Part shown: piece by piece, positions 1-10,236 of the stretch
Layout: each line of letters starts with the position of its first letter
How positions within the stretch are numbered: the stretch's first letter is position 1
Assembly: GCA_964402215.1 (NCBI GenBank)
Contig: CAYOAT010000001.1
Span: forward strand, 70,703 to 134,702
Reading direction: 5' to 3'
DNA length: 64,000 nt
Source of the DNA: an uncultured Candidatus Saccharibacteria bacterium
GTDB lineage: Bacteria; Patescibacteriota; Minisyncoccia; Phycocordibacterales; JAACPR01
The notes under the pieces: generated by a model
Seen by the model: the letters and a program-made list of their open reading frames with translations, nothing else
What the model was told of the DNA's origin: nothing
Database searches by the model: none
Made by a program: the position numbers and the translations under genes

Positions 1-113
1 AAAAAGAAACGTTTGAGGGCATTAGTGCAATTGTTTTTATACTAATTGCAATATTTTTATTATTATCGCCGATCGGTAAGGGTGGCTTTCTTGGTGAACA
101 TATATATAAATGG

Positions 114-2135
114 TTGACCTGGGCTTTTGGTATTGGTTATTACTTGATTCCAATTATTTTAATAATTTTAGGAATTTCTTTTATAAAATCTCTAAGTCAC
201 AATTTGGCTTGGCCAAAAATAATAGGCGGAATATTAATGATGACGGCCGGTCTTGGTCTGATAGATTTGATTGTTAGTAAAGGTGGAATTGTCGGCGCCT
301 TCATAAACAAACCATTATTAAATCTGTTTGGAACATGGATGGTTGCGATTGGGCACGTTGCAGTCCTTATAATCGCCACACTAATTATTTTTGATCTATC
401 ATTAAAGTTCTCTTTCATTCAAAACTGGTTGGATAAAAAAGATGATGAAGAAGAAAATGAAGATGACGAGGAAGAAACAGAGATTACAAAAAAAGAAGAA
501 GCAAAAATGAAGAAACTTGCCGTTCAGGCAGAAGAAGATAATGAAGAAGTCGAAGAAGAAGTAAAAATTGCGGAAAAAGAAATAAAGAAACCAGAAGATC
601 AATCAAAAAAAGACGGTTTGATTTTCTTTTCACAAAGTTCATCCCACTTTCGAGAATATAACCCTCCTCCCCTATCGCTATTAGATAAAGATTCGGGCAA
701 ACCGGACGTTGGTGATATAAAAGCAAACGCCAATATTATAAAAAGAACTTTATCAAATTTCGGAATTCAAGTTGAAATGGATGAAGTTTCAATCGGACCT
801 TCTGTAACGAGATATGCATTAAAACCGGCACAAGGAGTAAAACTTTCTAGAATTGTTGCCTTGCAATATGATCTATCGTTGGCATTGGCGGCAAAATCAA
901 TTCGAATTGAAGCGCCGATTCCCGGAAAATCTTTGGTTGGTATTGAAATACCAAATTCCTCAAAAACAACTATTGGATTGGGTTCAATCCTGAAAGATGA
1001 TGAATTTCAGAAATCCTCAAAACCTTTATTATTCGCTGTTGGACGCGGAGTTACTGGTTTATCACATTTCGTTGATTTGGCTAAAATGCCACACCTTTTG
1101 GTTGCGGGCGCCACAGGTTCAGGAAAGTCAGTTACGATTCATGAAATAATTACTTCTCTTCTATATAGAAATTCACCCGAATTAATGAAGTTTATAATGA
1201 TTGATCCAAAGAGAGTTGAATTAACAATGTATAACAAGATCCCTCACCTCTTAACACCAGTCATTACTGATGCCAAGAAAACAATCATGGCTTTAAAATG
1301 GGCGGGAAAAGAAATGTCTAGACGTTATGATACCCTGGAAGCAAGTGGCGTTAGAGATATTTCTTCTTATCATAAAAATATTTTGGAACCAGCTATTAAG
1401 AAAGTTGAGAATGACAAAGACGCAGAAATTCCAGAAAAAATGCCATACATTATTATAGTGATCGATGAATTGGCTGATATTATGCAAACATATCCAAGAG
1501 AATTGGAATCATGTATCGTTCGATTGGCACAGATGAGTCGAGCCGTCGGTATTCACTTGATAATTTCAACACAACGCCCAAGCGTTAACGTTATTACCGG
1601 ATTAATCAAAGCAAATATCCCTTCTAGAATTGCTTTGCAAGTCGCATCTCAAATAGATTCAAGAACAATTATTGATATGCCTGGTGCAGAAAAATTACTT
1701 GGTGCCGGTGATATGCTATATCTTGGTGGAGATTTGGCAAAACCTATTCGAGTACAATCTCCTTATATTTCTGAAGGTGAAGTTAAAAGTGTTGTTGCTT
1801 ATTTAGCAAAAAATAATGAATATATTGAAGGAGACACAGAAGAAATAGAACTAGAAAAAATTGAAAATAAAAACGAAATTTTTGATAGTTTGGGTGACGA
1901 TGAAGAAGACGACGATTTGTACGACGACGCAAAAGCTGTTGTCGTCGCCGCAGGAAAAGCATCTACTTCTTACTTACAAAGAAAACTTGGTGTTGGATAT
2001 TCAAGAGCTGCAAAAATTATGGACATGTTGGAAAATAGAGGTGTTATTGGACCACAGAATGGTTCAAAACCAAGAGATATAATAGGCGCCGCTGAAGAGG
2101 GTTCCGATCAGAATTCCGAAGAATCGGAAGGATAA
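114..2135 (+). CDS. ftsK: FtsK/SpoIIIE DNA translocase
   Basis: N-terminal TM helices, acidic low-complexity linker, Walker A GATGSGKS and Walker B VIDELAD, C-terminal gamma winged-helix region (YLQRKLGVGYSRAAKIMDMLE). Confidence 0.9.
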   Translation: MTWAFGIGYYLIPIILIILGISFIKSLSHNLAWPKIIGGILMMTAGLGLIDLIVSKGGIVGAFINKPLLNLFGTWMVAIGHVAVLIIATLIIFDLSLKFSFIQNWLDKKDDEEENEDDEEETEITKKEEAKMKKLAVQAEEDNEEVEEEVKIAEKEIKKPEDQSKKDGLIFFSQSSSHFREYNPPPLSLLDKDSGKPDVGDIKANANIIKRTLSNFGIQVEMDEVSIGPSVTRYALKPAQGVKLSRIVALQYDLSLALAAKSIRIEAPIPGKSLVGIEIPNSSKTTIGLGSILKDDEFQKSSKPLLFAVGRGVTGLSHFVDLAKMPHLLVAGATGSGKSVTIHEIITSLLYRNSPELMKFIMIDPKRVELTMYNKIPHLLTPVITDAKKTIMALKWAGKEMSRRYDTLEASGVRDISSYHKNILEPAIKKVENDKDAEIPEKMPYIIIVIDELADIMQTYPRELESCIVRLAQMSRAVGIHLIISTQRPSVNVITGLIKANIPSRIALQVASQIDSRTIIDMPGAEKLLGAGDMLYLGGDLAKPIRVQSPYISEGEVKSVVAYLAKNNEYIEGDTEEIELEKIENKNEIFDSLGDDEEDDDLYDDAKAVVVAAGKASTSYLQRKLGVGYSRAAKIMDMLENRGVIGPQNGSKPRDIIGAAEEGSDQNSEESEG

Positions 2136-2153
2136 AATAATAACTGAAAGATT

Positions 2154-2597
2154 ATGGCCAGGAGTAACACCGCATCAATAATAAAAATAATTCTGACCGT
2201 AATAGTTGTAATAATTGTCATTGGATACGCAATTTTTAACTCTCGTCTATTTATAAAAGGTCCGCAAATCAATATAGATTCCCCTGTTGATGGCGCGGTT
2301 ATCATCGATAATCCCCTAATCAAATTGACTGGAAAAGCTCTTAATATTTCACACTTAGAACTTAACGGCAGACAAATTTATACAGAAGAAAATGATTCTT
2401 TTTCAGAATCTTTGCTACTCAATTCTGGTTATAATATAATCCAGGTCATTGCGGAGGATAAGTTTGGTAGAAGTGTTAAACAAACCTTACAATTAGTTTA
2501 CCGCGGTGAAGAAGAAAAAATTATTTACCCCGCTAGTGAAGAATTAGAGTTAATCGAATCGGAGGAAGCCACATCCTCTGATTTAGAAAATATTTAG
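2154..2597 (+). CDS. hypothetical membrane-anchored protein
   Basis: single N-terminal hydrophobic helix; no recognisable motif. Confidence 0.4.
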   Translation: MARSNTASIIKIILTVIVVIIVIGYAIFNSRLFIKGPQINIDSPVDGAVIIDNPLIKLTGKALNISHLELNGRQIYTEENDSFSESLLLNSGYNIIQVIAEDKFGRSVKQTLQLVYRGEEEKIIYPASEELELIESEEATSSDLENI

Positions 2598-2632
2598 ATT
2601 GAATTTATCAACAAATTTTAAGATAGAAATAT

Positions 2633-3652
2633 ATGATGAAAAAACATACAAAAAAGGATGACGCTAAAGTTAATAATGAATCATTAGAAGATGCGATTAG
2701 CGCGATAAAAACAAAATTTGGTGATGAATCAATTATGATGCTTGGTCAGGCAGCAAGAGTAGATGTTGATGCTATTCCAACAGGATCGCTTGGACTAGAT
2801 GACGCTCTTGGAATCGGCGGAATCCCACGTGGACGAATTATTGAAATTTTTGGACCAGAATCATCTGGCAAGACTACCCTCGCTCTCCATGTTATTGCGC
2901 AAGCTCAAAAGGCTGGTGGCATTTGTGCATTCGTTGATGCTGAACATGCACTTGATCCAGATTATGCAAAGAAAATTGGCGTAAAAACTGATGAATTACT
3001 AATTTCACAACCAGACACTGGCGAGCAAGCTTTGGAAATTACTGAATCACTTGTTAGATCCGGCAAAATCAGTGTCATTGTTATCGACTCTGTTGCTGCC
3101 CTAACCCCAAAGGACGAGATCGAAGGCGACATGGGTGCATATCACGTTGGTAAACAAGCCAGATTAATGTCACAGGCATTACGAAAACTAGCTGGTGTTT
3201 GTTCAAAATCAAAAACTGTCGTTATTTTTATAAACCAAATTAGAATGCAAATAGGCGTAATGTTCGGAAATCCAGAAACTACTCCAGGTGGACGCGCACT
3301 AAAATTCTATTCTTCTGTTCGTTTAGATATTAGACGAATTGCCCAGATCAAGAAGGGTGAAGAAATTATGGGTGGACGAATTCGTGTAAAAGTGGTAAAA
3401 AACAAAGTTGCAGCCCCATTCAAGATGACGGAGTTTGATTTGATGTATAACGAGGGTATATCACAAGAGGGCGAAATTATTGCTCTTGGTGAAAAATACA
3501 ACGTTATTTCAAAATCAGGCAATAGTTATGCTTATGGCGAAGAAAAGCTTGGACGTGGATACGATTCCACCCGAACTTTCCTACGAGAAAACCCAAAAGT
3601 ATTTAACGACATCTTGAAGGATATTAAAATTAAAATGAAAGAAGCAAAATAA
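2633..3652 (+). CDS. recA: recombinase RecA
   Basis: [14 protein letters not shown]-loop and overall RecA-like sequence. Confidence 0.95.
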   Translation: MMKKHTKKDDAKVNNESLEDAISAIKTKFGDESIMMLGQAARVDVDAIPTGSLGLDDALGIGGIPRGRIIEIFGPESSGKTTLALHVIAQAQKAGGICAFVDAEHALDPDYAKKIGVKTDELLISQPDTGEQALEITESLVRSGKISVIVIDSVAALTPKDEIEGDMGAYHVGKQARLMSQALRKLAGVCSKSKTVVIFINQIRMQIGVMFGNPETTPGGRALKFYSSVRLDIRRIAQIKKGEEIMGGRIRVKVVKNKVAAPFKMTEFDLMYNEGISQEGEIIALGEKYNVISKSGNSYAYGEEKLGRGYDSTRTFLRENPKVFNDILKDIKIKMKEAK

Positions 3653-3658
3653 AAAAAC

Positions 3659-4234
3659 ATGTTAGCCTACAACGAAATCAAAGAAAGAAAATACATTATT
3701 TTAGAGGGAGAACCTTACGAAGTTTTAAGCTCGCATGTTTTTCGTAAACAACAAAGAAAACCAGTTAATCAAACAAAATTACGGAATTTAATTACTGGTG
3801 GAATGAGAATGGATACATTCCATGTAAACGACTCGGTCGAGGAAGCAGAACTAGAAACAAAAAAAGTAAAGTTTATTTTTAAAAAATTCAATCCTCGCGA
3901 AAAAAGAACAGAATTCTGGTTTTCTGATGTAGAAACTCCAAATAGATTTGAAATTACCGAAACATTAATCGGCGATCAACAAAAATATCTAAAAGATGGT
4001 TTAGAAATTTCAGCTTTGGTTTTCGAGGAACAAATTATTGGAATTAAATTGCCTGTTAAAATTGAATACAAAGTAATTGAGGCTCCCCCAGCAGTAAAAG
4101 GCAATAGCGCAACTGGCGCAAATAAAATGATTGTTTTGGAAACTGGTTTAGCTATCAATGCTCCCCTTTTCGTTAATGCGGGTGACGTTGTTAGAATAAA
4201 TACTGAGACTGGAGAATACGGAGAAAGGGTTTAG
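3659..4234 (+). CDS. efp: elongation factor P
   Basis: EF-P length and N-terminal KOW-like region; ~190 aa. Confidence 0.75.
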   Translation: MLAYNEIKERKYIILEGEPYEVLSSHVFRKQQRKPVNQTKLRNLITGGMRMDTFHVNDSVEEAELETKKVKFIFKKFNPREKRTEFWFSDVETPNRFEITETLIGDQQKYLKDGLEISALVFEEQIIGIKLPVKIEYKVIEAPPAVKGNSATGANKMIVLETGLAINAPLFVNAGDVVRINTETGEYGERV

Positions 4235-4247
4235 AATTAAATACTTT

Positions 4248-4276
4248 TTGACAACACAAAACCGCCCCGTTAAGGG
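4248..4276. terminator. bidirectional hairpin terminator between efp and rpsR
   Basis: ACCGCCC-cgttaa-GGGCGGT stem-loop flanked by A-run and T-run. Confidence 0.5.
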
Positions 4277-4292
4277 CGGTTTTAGTTATTTA

Positions 4293-4493
4293 CTATCTAT
4301 TGATGTAAGCTAACAGTCCCATAAATCTAGCTCGCTTTACAGCCTCGGCCAGTTTTCTCTGCATTTTTGCAGAAACACCAGAACGTTTACTAGAAATAAT
4401 TCGACCGTGCGGATTCAAAAATTTTGAGAGCACGTGTGTATCTTTATAATCAATATGTTCAATATTATTCTCTTTAAAAAAACAAGGTTTCAT
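4293..4493 (-). CDS. rpsR: 30S ribosomal protein S18
   Basis: S18 signature region (SAKMQRKLAEAVKRARFMGLL). Confidence 0.85.
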   Translation of the reverse strand: MKPCFFKENNIEHIDYKDTHVLSKFLNPHGRIISSKRSGVSAKMQRKLAEAVKRARFMGLLAYINR

Positions 4494-4514
4494 AATGTTA
4501 ATACAAATTACGGA

Positions 4515-4961
4515 CTAAAATGGAATATCCTCTGGATTGATTTCGTCCTCTGGATATTCAATCTGATTACCATCGTCAGCTGGAGCCGCCTGTACAGGGG
4601 CTACCGGTGCTGATTTCGATGTACCGGCCATACTACCAGACTTTAATCCAAATTGCACTCTTTCAGCGACAATTTCGGTTCTGTATTTCTTTTGTCCATC
4701 CTGTTCCCAACTACGGGTTTGAATTCTACCTTCAACAAAAACGCTTTGTCCCTTTTTCAAATATTGCGCTGCGGTTTCAGCCTGTCGACCAAAAACAACA
4801 ACATTATGATAATCAGCAGATTCCTGGCGATTACCATCACGATCCTTGTAAACTCGATTCGTAGCGACACTAAAATTTGTAACTGCAATACCCGAAGGTA
4901 ATGCCTTTTGTTCTGGATCCCTTACTAGGTTTCCAATAATTATTGCTTTATTTACGTACAT
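4515..4961 (-). CDS. ssb: single-stranded DNA-binding protein
   Basis: OB-fold N-terminus (NKAIIIGNLVRDPE), acidic C-terminal tail ending DIPF. Confidence 0.9.
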   Translation of the reverse strand: MYVNKAIIIGNLVRDPEQKALPSGIAVTNFSVATNRVYKDRDGNRQESADYHNVVVFGRQAETAAQYLKKGQSVFVEGRIQTRSWEQDGQKKYRTEIVAERVQFGLKSGSMAGTSKSAPVAPVQAAPADDGNQIEYPEDEINPEDIPF

Positions 4962-5022
4962 GCATCAATCTTTGCAGAAAGAAACAAGATAGTCAATTTA
5001 AAAATTTAGATAGAATTTAGAA

Positions 5023-5547
5023 TTATTTAACAAGCTCGTCGATGGCCTCATCAACACCTTTATCAGTATCATCAGAAACTACTTCAGCATCAACGTCGAG
5101 GGCAACCTCAGCAACTTCTTCTACAACAGGAACCTCTTCTGCTTCGACTTCTGAACCAGCTTTTTTATTAACTTTTTCTCTTGGAATTTTATTAGTACTA
5201 TGTTCTGGATCATTAACAGTTTTAACAAGTAAAAATCTTAGGACATTATTGTTAGCCTTTAACTCAGAATCTATAGAAACTACATCTGCTGCTGTTGCGT
5301 TAAATGTAATTGAACCAAAGTAAGCTTTATCAAATTTGTAATTATTATCCAAAATCTTTATCGTCATTTGATAAGCAAGATTTATTAATTTTGCCTCTAT
5401 TTCATTTACTATTTCCGCTCCGTTATCTGTAAGAGTTTTTTTAATTTTTGAAACTTCGTCTACAACTTTATCTGCATTAATTGAAGAAACAATATGAAAA
5501 CCAACTTCATATAATTTCTTATCGCTTGTTTTATTTTCTTCTGACAT
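5023..5547 (-). CDS. rpsF: 30S ribosomal protein S6 with acidic C-terminal extension
   Basis: S6-like N-terminus and position in the conserved rpsF-ssb-rpsR arrangement. Confidence 0.7.
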   Translation of the reverse strand: MSEENKTSDKKLYEVGFHIVSSINADKVVDEVSKIKKTLTDNGAEIVNEIEAKLINLAYQMTIKILDNNYKFDKAYFGSITFNATAADVVSIDSELKANNNVLRFLLVKTVNDPEHSTNKIPREKVNKKAGSEVEAEEVPVVEEVAEVALDVDAEVVSDDTDKGVDEAIDELVK

Positions 5548-5571
5548 GAGTAAGAGATTATCACACGAGAC

Positions 5572-6360
5572 TTAAAATGGCAAATTAAACAGATTTTGGG
5601 CGTTTAGAAGGAGCTGTTTGGATAAAACTTCAACTGAAATTCCTTTAATTTCGGCGATTTTCTTTACAACATCAATAACATTTAGTGGCTCATTTCTTTT
5701 GCCACGATTTGGTGCAGGAGCAACATACGGGCAGTCGGTTTCAGCGTGAATCTTGTCTATTGGCACAAATTCTACTAATTCTTTGTATTGAGAGGCAAAA
5801 GTAATTACTCCAGTAAAAGACATATTAAAGCCAAGCTCTAAAAACTTTTTTGCTTCATCTTTTGTACCAGCAAAAAAATGGATGTTGCCACGCAAAGTAT
5901 CACCAGCGACTTTCTTATATTCATTTAAAATTCGCAAAACGTCTCCATAAGCATCGCGACAGTGAATCATTAGCGGTTTATCAAATTTTATAGCAAGTTC
6001 GATTTGTTTTCTAAAAATTTCTTCTTGCTTTCTCTTCGTTGAATCAATATCACCAGAAACATGGTAGAAATCCAGACCACATTCCCCTATCGCAACGACT
6101 TTCTTGTTAGATAAAAGCTCTATATAATTATTTTCATTAAATTCCTCCTTTTCAGCATAAATCGGATGTAAACCAATCGAAGCATACATATTTTCATACT
6201 TTTCAACCAATCGCGTTACCTCTATTGAAGTAATATGTCGTGTTCCAACATTAATAATAGAAATACCGTGTTTTTGCGCGCGAGTAACCACTTCATCACG
6301 ATCAGCAGAAAAATCCGTGAAATTGATGTGTGCGTGTATATCTATGTATTTTTTATCCAT
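5572..6360 (-). CDS. tatD: TatD-family metal-dependent deoxyribonuclease
   Basis: IDIHAH... N-terminus and TIM-barrel hydrolase motifs. Confidence 0.85.
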   Translation of the reverse strand: MDKKYIDIHAHINFTDFSADRDEVVTRAQKHGISIINVGTRHITSIEVTRLVEKYENMYASIGLHPIYAEKEEFNENNYIELLSNKKVVAIGECGLDFYHVSGDIDSTKRKQEEIFRKQIELAIKFDKPLMIHCRDAYGDVLRILNEYKKVAGDTLRGNIHFFAGTKDEAKKFLELGFNMSFTGVITFASQYKELVEFVPIDKIHAETDCPYVAPAPNRGKRNEPLNVIDVVKKIAEIKGISVEVLSKQLLLNAQNLFNLPF

Positions 6361-6361
6361 G

Positions 6362-7795
6362 TTATTTTCTTTCGAAAATTGGTTTCACTGGTTTTTTATT
6401 ATCAGCAATCGCAGTCAAAATTTGTCCTGCAGTTTCAGGTAAAAGTGGTCGAAGCAAAAATGCGACTTCTCGAAGCTTCTTTACTAAATCCTCAATTATT
6501 TTTATCGCAGCTTTTCTATCAGTCTTGATTAATTTAAATGGTTCAGTTTCTTGAATAGATTTATCCATTTCACTAATCTTTTTGAAAACATAATCAGTGA
6601 CTTTCTGTAAATCAAATGATTCAAAAGCTTTTTTATATTCTTTTGGAAATTTAACTTCTTTTAACGAAATTGGTTTTACTAAATTGTCCTCTGCCATTTT
6701 CATAATTCGGTTAATCAGATTCCCAAGACCATTTGCGAGATTTGCGTTGTAAGCTTCTTTGAATTTTTCCAATGTGAAATCACTATCTTCAAATGTGCTT
6801 AATTCTCTTAACAAGAAATATCTTAGCGCGTCTGTACCGTATTCAGAGACAACTTCCATTGGATCAATAACATTTCCAATGGATTTGGACATTTTTTGAC
6901 CACCGCTGGTAATAAAGCCGTCAATAATTATTTGGCTTGAAGATGGCAAATTCGCCGCCATTAACATTGCTTGCCAACGCGCCGCTTGGAAATGTAGATT
7001 GTCTTTTCCACAATACTGAATAGGCGTTCCTTTTACCCAATATTTTTTAAAGTTTTTACTTTCTGGCCAACCTAATGTTGAAATATAGTTTGCCAAAGCA
7101 TCAAACCAAACATACATCACATGTTTATCATCACCAGGAACAGCTATTCCCCATGGCATTCTTTCCTTTATTCTTGAAATACTAAAATCCTCTAATCCAC
7201 CAGACACGAAATTACTTATTTCTTTTAATCTGGAAATCGGAATAACAAAATCGGTCTTCTTTTCATATAAATCCAAAAGTTTTTTAGCAAAAGCGCTGTA
7301 TTTGAAAAAATAATTTTCTTCTTCTATTTCTACAAGTTTTTTACCCGGATGATTTGGACATTCGCCATTTACCAAATCCTTCTCTGTCATAAACATTTCA
7401 CAACCAACACAATATAGCCCGCGGTAATTCTTTTTATAAATATAACCGTTCTTGTCGCAAAGCTCCCATAATTTCTGAGCAGAAACAATATGATCTTTAT
7501 CGGTTGTTCTAATAAATTTATCGTAACTTAGATTAAGTTTTTCTTTCAAAATTTCAAAATCCTTAACTTTTTCATCTAGAAATTGTTGTGGTTCTTTTCC
7601 CTCTTCCTTTGCCTTCTGATAAATCTTTAGACCATGCTCATCAGTTCCTGTATTAAAAAAAACATCGTAACCTAAATACCTTTTATATCTTGCCACGGTG
7701 TCAGCCCGAACAATTTCCATCGCAAAACCGATATGAGGTTTTGCATTAGAATAAGGTAAAGTAGTCGTTATATAGAAAGGTTTTTTCCACCACAT
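6362..7795 (-). CDS. metG: methionyl-tRNA synthetase, catalytic core only (no C-terminal tRNA-binding domain)
   Basis: PHIGFA (HIGH-type) and KMSKS motifs; 477 aa. Confidence 0.95.
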   Translation of the reverse strand: MWWKKPFYITTTLPYSNAKPHIGFAMEIVRADTVARYKRYLGYDVFFNTGTDEHGLKIYQKAKEEGKEPQQFLDEKVKDFEILKEKLNLSYDKFIRTTDKDHIVSAQKLWELCDKNGYIYKKNYRGLYCVGCEMFMTEKDLVNGECPNHPGKKLVEIEEENYFFKYSAFAKKLLDLYEKKTDFVIPISRLKEISNFVSGGLEDFSISRIKERMPWGIAVPGDDKHVMYVWFDALANYISTLGWPESKNFKKYWVKGTPIQYCGKDNLHFQAARWQAMLMAANLPSSSQIIIDGFITSGGQKMSKSIGNVIDPMEVVSEYGTDALRYFLLRELSTFEDSDFTLEKFKEAYNANLANGLGNLINRIMKMAEDNLVKPISLKEVKFPKEYKKAFESFDLQKVTDYVFKKISEMDKSIQETEPFKLIKTDRKAAIKIIEDLVKKLREVAFLLRPLLPETAGQILTAIADNKKPVKPIFERK

Positions 7796-7832
7796 AATCT
7801 TTGATTTAAATAATTAAAAAACACTTTTAATT

Positions 7833-8906
7833 TTATTCTCTTGGTTCAGCAGCTCTCTTTTTTTCAAGATCATTTATATATTCCATAATTCCAGCAGCTA
7901 CTGGAACAGCTAGAATTATTCCCAAAAATCCGGCAATTTGTGCACCAATGATTATGGCGATAATCGCAATGATTGCAGGAATACCAACGATTTTTTTAAC
8001 AACAAGGGGGTGAATCAAATGGTTTTCAAATTGTTGAATAATTACATACAAACCTGCCACCATTAATCCCGCCGTAATACCATCCTGGCCAACCGCAAAC
8101 AAGATCGCTGGGATAGAGGACAAAATAGGACCGAATAGTGGAATAAGCTCGAATACAGCAGCAATTAAAGCCAAAAACAAAGCGTTCTCAATGCCCAAAA
8201 CACTAAGGCCAAGATATGTTAGAACCCCGATCAAGACGGCGAGCATCAATTGTCCCTGCATCCATAAACCAATTTTTCTTTGTGATCTTTTCCACAAATC
8301 AATCGCGTACTTTTCATATTTAACAGGAATAACTATTTTAAGGAAACTAGTGACACCATCTTCTTGTACGGCCAAATAGAATGACATAATCATGATCAAC
8401 ATGAAACTGAGAATACCACCAAACACCGTACTTGCTGTGTTAAAGAAACCAACAGTTGCTCCTGACAAACTGCCGCCAATTTTACTAATCAAAGCGCCTG
8501 TCGAATTATTAGTTAAATTATCCAATAGCGTGTTAAGGGCCGTATGATTACCAAAACCTGTAAAGTTTCCAGCGCTAGTTGTCAGAGATTTAATATAGTT
8601 TGGCAAACTAATTATAACGTTATTAAAATCTTGGATAAGAGTAGGAACAAAGAAATAAAAGATCGCAGCAAAAATCAAAATTACAAATATATAAATAAAC
8701 AAAACGGCAATTGGACGTGGAACTCTTTTGCTTACAAACCATTTTGTACCAGGCTCAATAGCTGATGCAATAACAATTGACGCAAGTAAAGCTAAAATTA
8801 GATCATTAATAACAAACAAAAGCCAAAAAAACAGAATCACGATAACAAACCTAAACATTGTGGCGGTTGAAATAGTTATATTTGCTGATTGATCATTTTC
8901 TTTCAT
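7833..8906 (-). CDS. AI-2E family transporter (PerM/YdiK-like)
   Basis: multi-TM protein with AI-2E-like conserved C-terminal region. Confidence 0.7.
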   Translation of the reverse strand: MKENDQSANITISTATMFRFVIVILFFWLLFVINDLILALLASIVIASAIEPGTKWFVSKRVPRPIAVLFIYIFVILIFAAIFYFFVPTLIQDFNNVIISLPNYIKSLTTSAGNFTGFGNHTALNTLLDNLTNNSTGALISKIGGSLSGATVGFFNTASTVFGGILSFMLIMIMSFYLAVQEDGVTSFLKIVIPVKYEKYAIDLWKRSQRKIGLWMQGQLMLAVLIGVLTYLGLSVLGIENALFLALIAAVFELIPLFGPILSSIPAILFAVGQDGITAGLMVAGLYVIIQQFENHLIHPLVVKKIVGIPAIIAIIAIIIGAQIAGFLGIILAVPVAAGIMEYINDLEKKRAAEPRE

Positions 8907-8960
8907 TTAGGAATAATATACAACGTTTAAGGCGTATTATCCAGTAATTTACAAGTTATT

Positions 8961-10226
8961 TTAGACTTTTAATAAGTTTAAAAAATGATCTGGGTTCTCC
9001 TGCGGACCAATAATAGCAAGATTTAGACCGCTATTTTTGATAATATCTTTCATTACTCTCTGAATTTGTGTGGAGGTGACTGACTTAATTTTCTTTGCAT
9101 ATTCATCAGGAGACTGAATCTTTTCATGAAGGACTTCCTGTTCCCCGTAATAGTCTGTCCAATCTTCAGATGTTTCTAAACCGGTCGCCAGATTACCCAA
9201 AATAATGTCTTTGGCTTTTACCAATTCTTTTTCAGAAACTTTTTCATCACGAAGTTTTTTAAATTCATCAATTATTACTTTTATTGCTTCCACGGCACGA
9301 TTATTTGTTGCTCCAATTCTGACTAGAAAATTTCCGTAATCAATTGATGTGTCATTAAATGCATTAACGTAATAACAAATTCCCAATTCGTCACGCATTT
9401 TTTTAAATAATCTAGAACTCATTCCGGAACCCAAAATTGTTGTCGCCAGGTCCATTATTGGATTTCTTTTATCATGAAGATTATAGGAACGAAAACTGAT
9501 TATCATGTGTGTCTGATCAATTTTCTTATTTAAAACCTTTATTTGTGGATTTTTTTGGTCAATAATTGTTTTCTGTTTTTTTACAATCGGCTTTTTCTTT
9601 ATAGAACCAAATTTCTTTTGAATTTCTTTAATTACACTTTGTTCATTAATTTTACCTGACACAACTACAACAGTTTTCTGAGGAACATAATGTTTATCAT
9701 GATAGTTAACAAAATCATTTCTTTTAAAGGATTTTATATTTTCTGTTGTTCCACCAATTTTTCGACCAGCAGGCTGATCACCGAAAAGTAATTCCGAATA
9801 GACTTCAAAAATCTTTCTCATCGGAATATCTTCATACATATTCATTTCTTCCAAAATTACTCCCCTCTCTGTTTCAATATCTTTTTCAGGAAAAATAGAA
9901 TTTAAATAAATATCTGAGACAATATCAATTAAATTATTTATTTTTTCGTATCTAGCCTTTGCATAATAACCTGTTCGAACGTCCCCAGTGAAAGCGTTAT
10001 CTTTCGCTCCTAAAGAAGCTAATTCATAATTGATTTGCTCTCCAGTACGATTTTTTGTCCCCTTGAAACACATATGTTCCAGAAAATGCGATAGACCGTT
10101 AATCTTTTTCTCTTCATATTCTGAACCAGCCTCGACAAGAACCATCACCATGGCTGTTTGTGATTCCTTCATTGGAACAGTAATAATTCTTAAACCGTTT
10201 GGTAAAATTTTCTTTTTATATTTCAT
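8961..10226 (-). CDS. M16 family (insulinase-like) zinc peptidase
   Basis: inverted zinc motif HFLEHMCFKGT (HxxEH). Confidence 0.8.
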   Translation of the reverse strand: MKYKKKILPNGLRIITVPMKESQTAMVMVLVEAGSEYEEKKINGLSHFLEHMCFKGTKNRTGEQINYELASLGAKDNAFTGDVRTGYYAKARYEKINNLIDIVSDIYLNSIFPEKDIETERGVILEEMNMYEDIPMRKIFEVYSELLFGDQPAGRKIGGTTENIKSFKRNDFVNYHDKHYVPQKTVVVVSGKINEQSVIKEIQKKFGSIKKKPIVKKQKTIIDQKNPQIKVLNKKIDQTHMIISFRSYNLHDKRNPIMDLATTILGSGMSSRLFKKMRDELGICYYVNAFNDTSIDYGNFLVRIGATNNRAVEAIKVIIDEFKKLRDEKVSEKELVKAKDIILGNLATGLETSEDWTDYYGEQEVLHEKIQSPDEYAKKIKSVTSTQIQRVMKDIIKNSGLNLAIIGPQENPDHFLNLLKV

Positions 10227-10236
10227 AAGTTAGAAG

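Noticed and set aside
402-726. minus-strand ORFs 402-602 and 484-726 with F/L-rich low-complexity translations
   Set aside because: Antisense to the GAA/GAT-rich acidic linker of ftsK. The low-complexity reverse frame stays open by composition alone.
5042-5323. 93-aa plus-strand Ser/Thr-rich ORF
   Set aside because: Antisense to the acidic C-terminal extension of rpsF; it is a compositional artefact.
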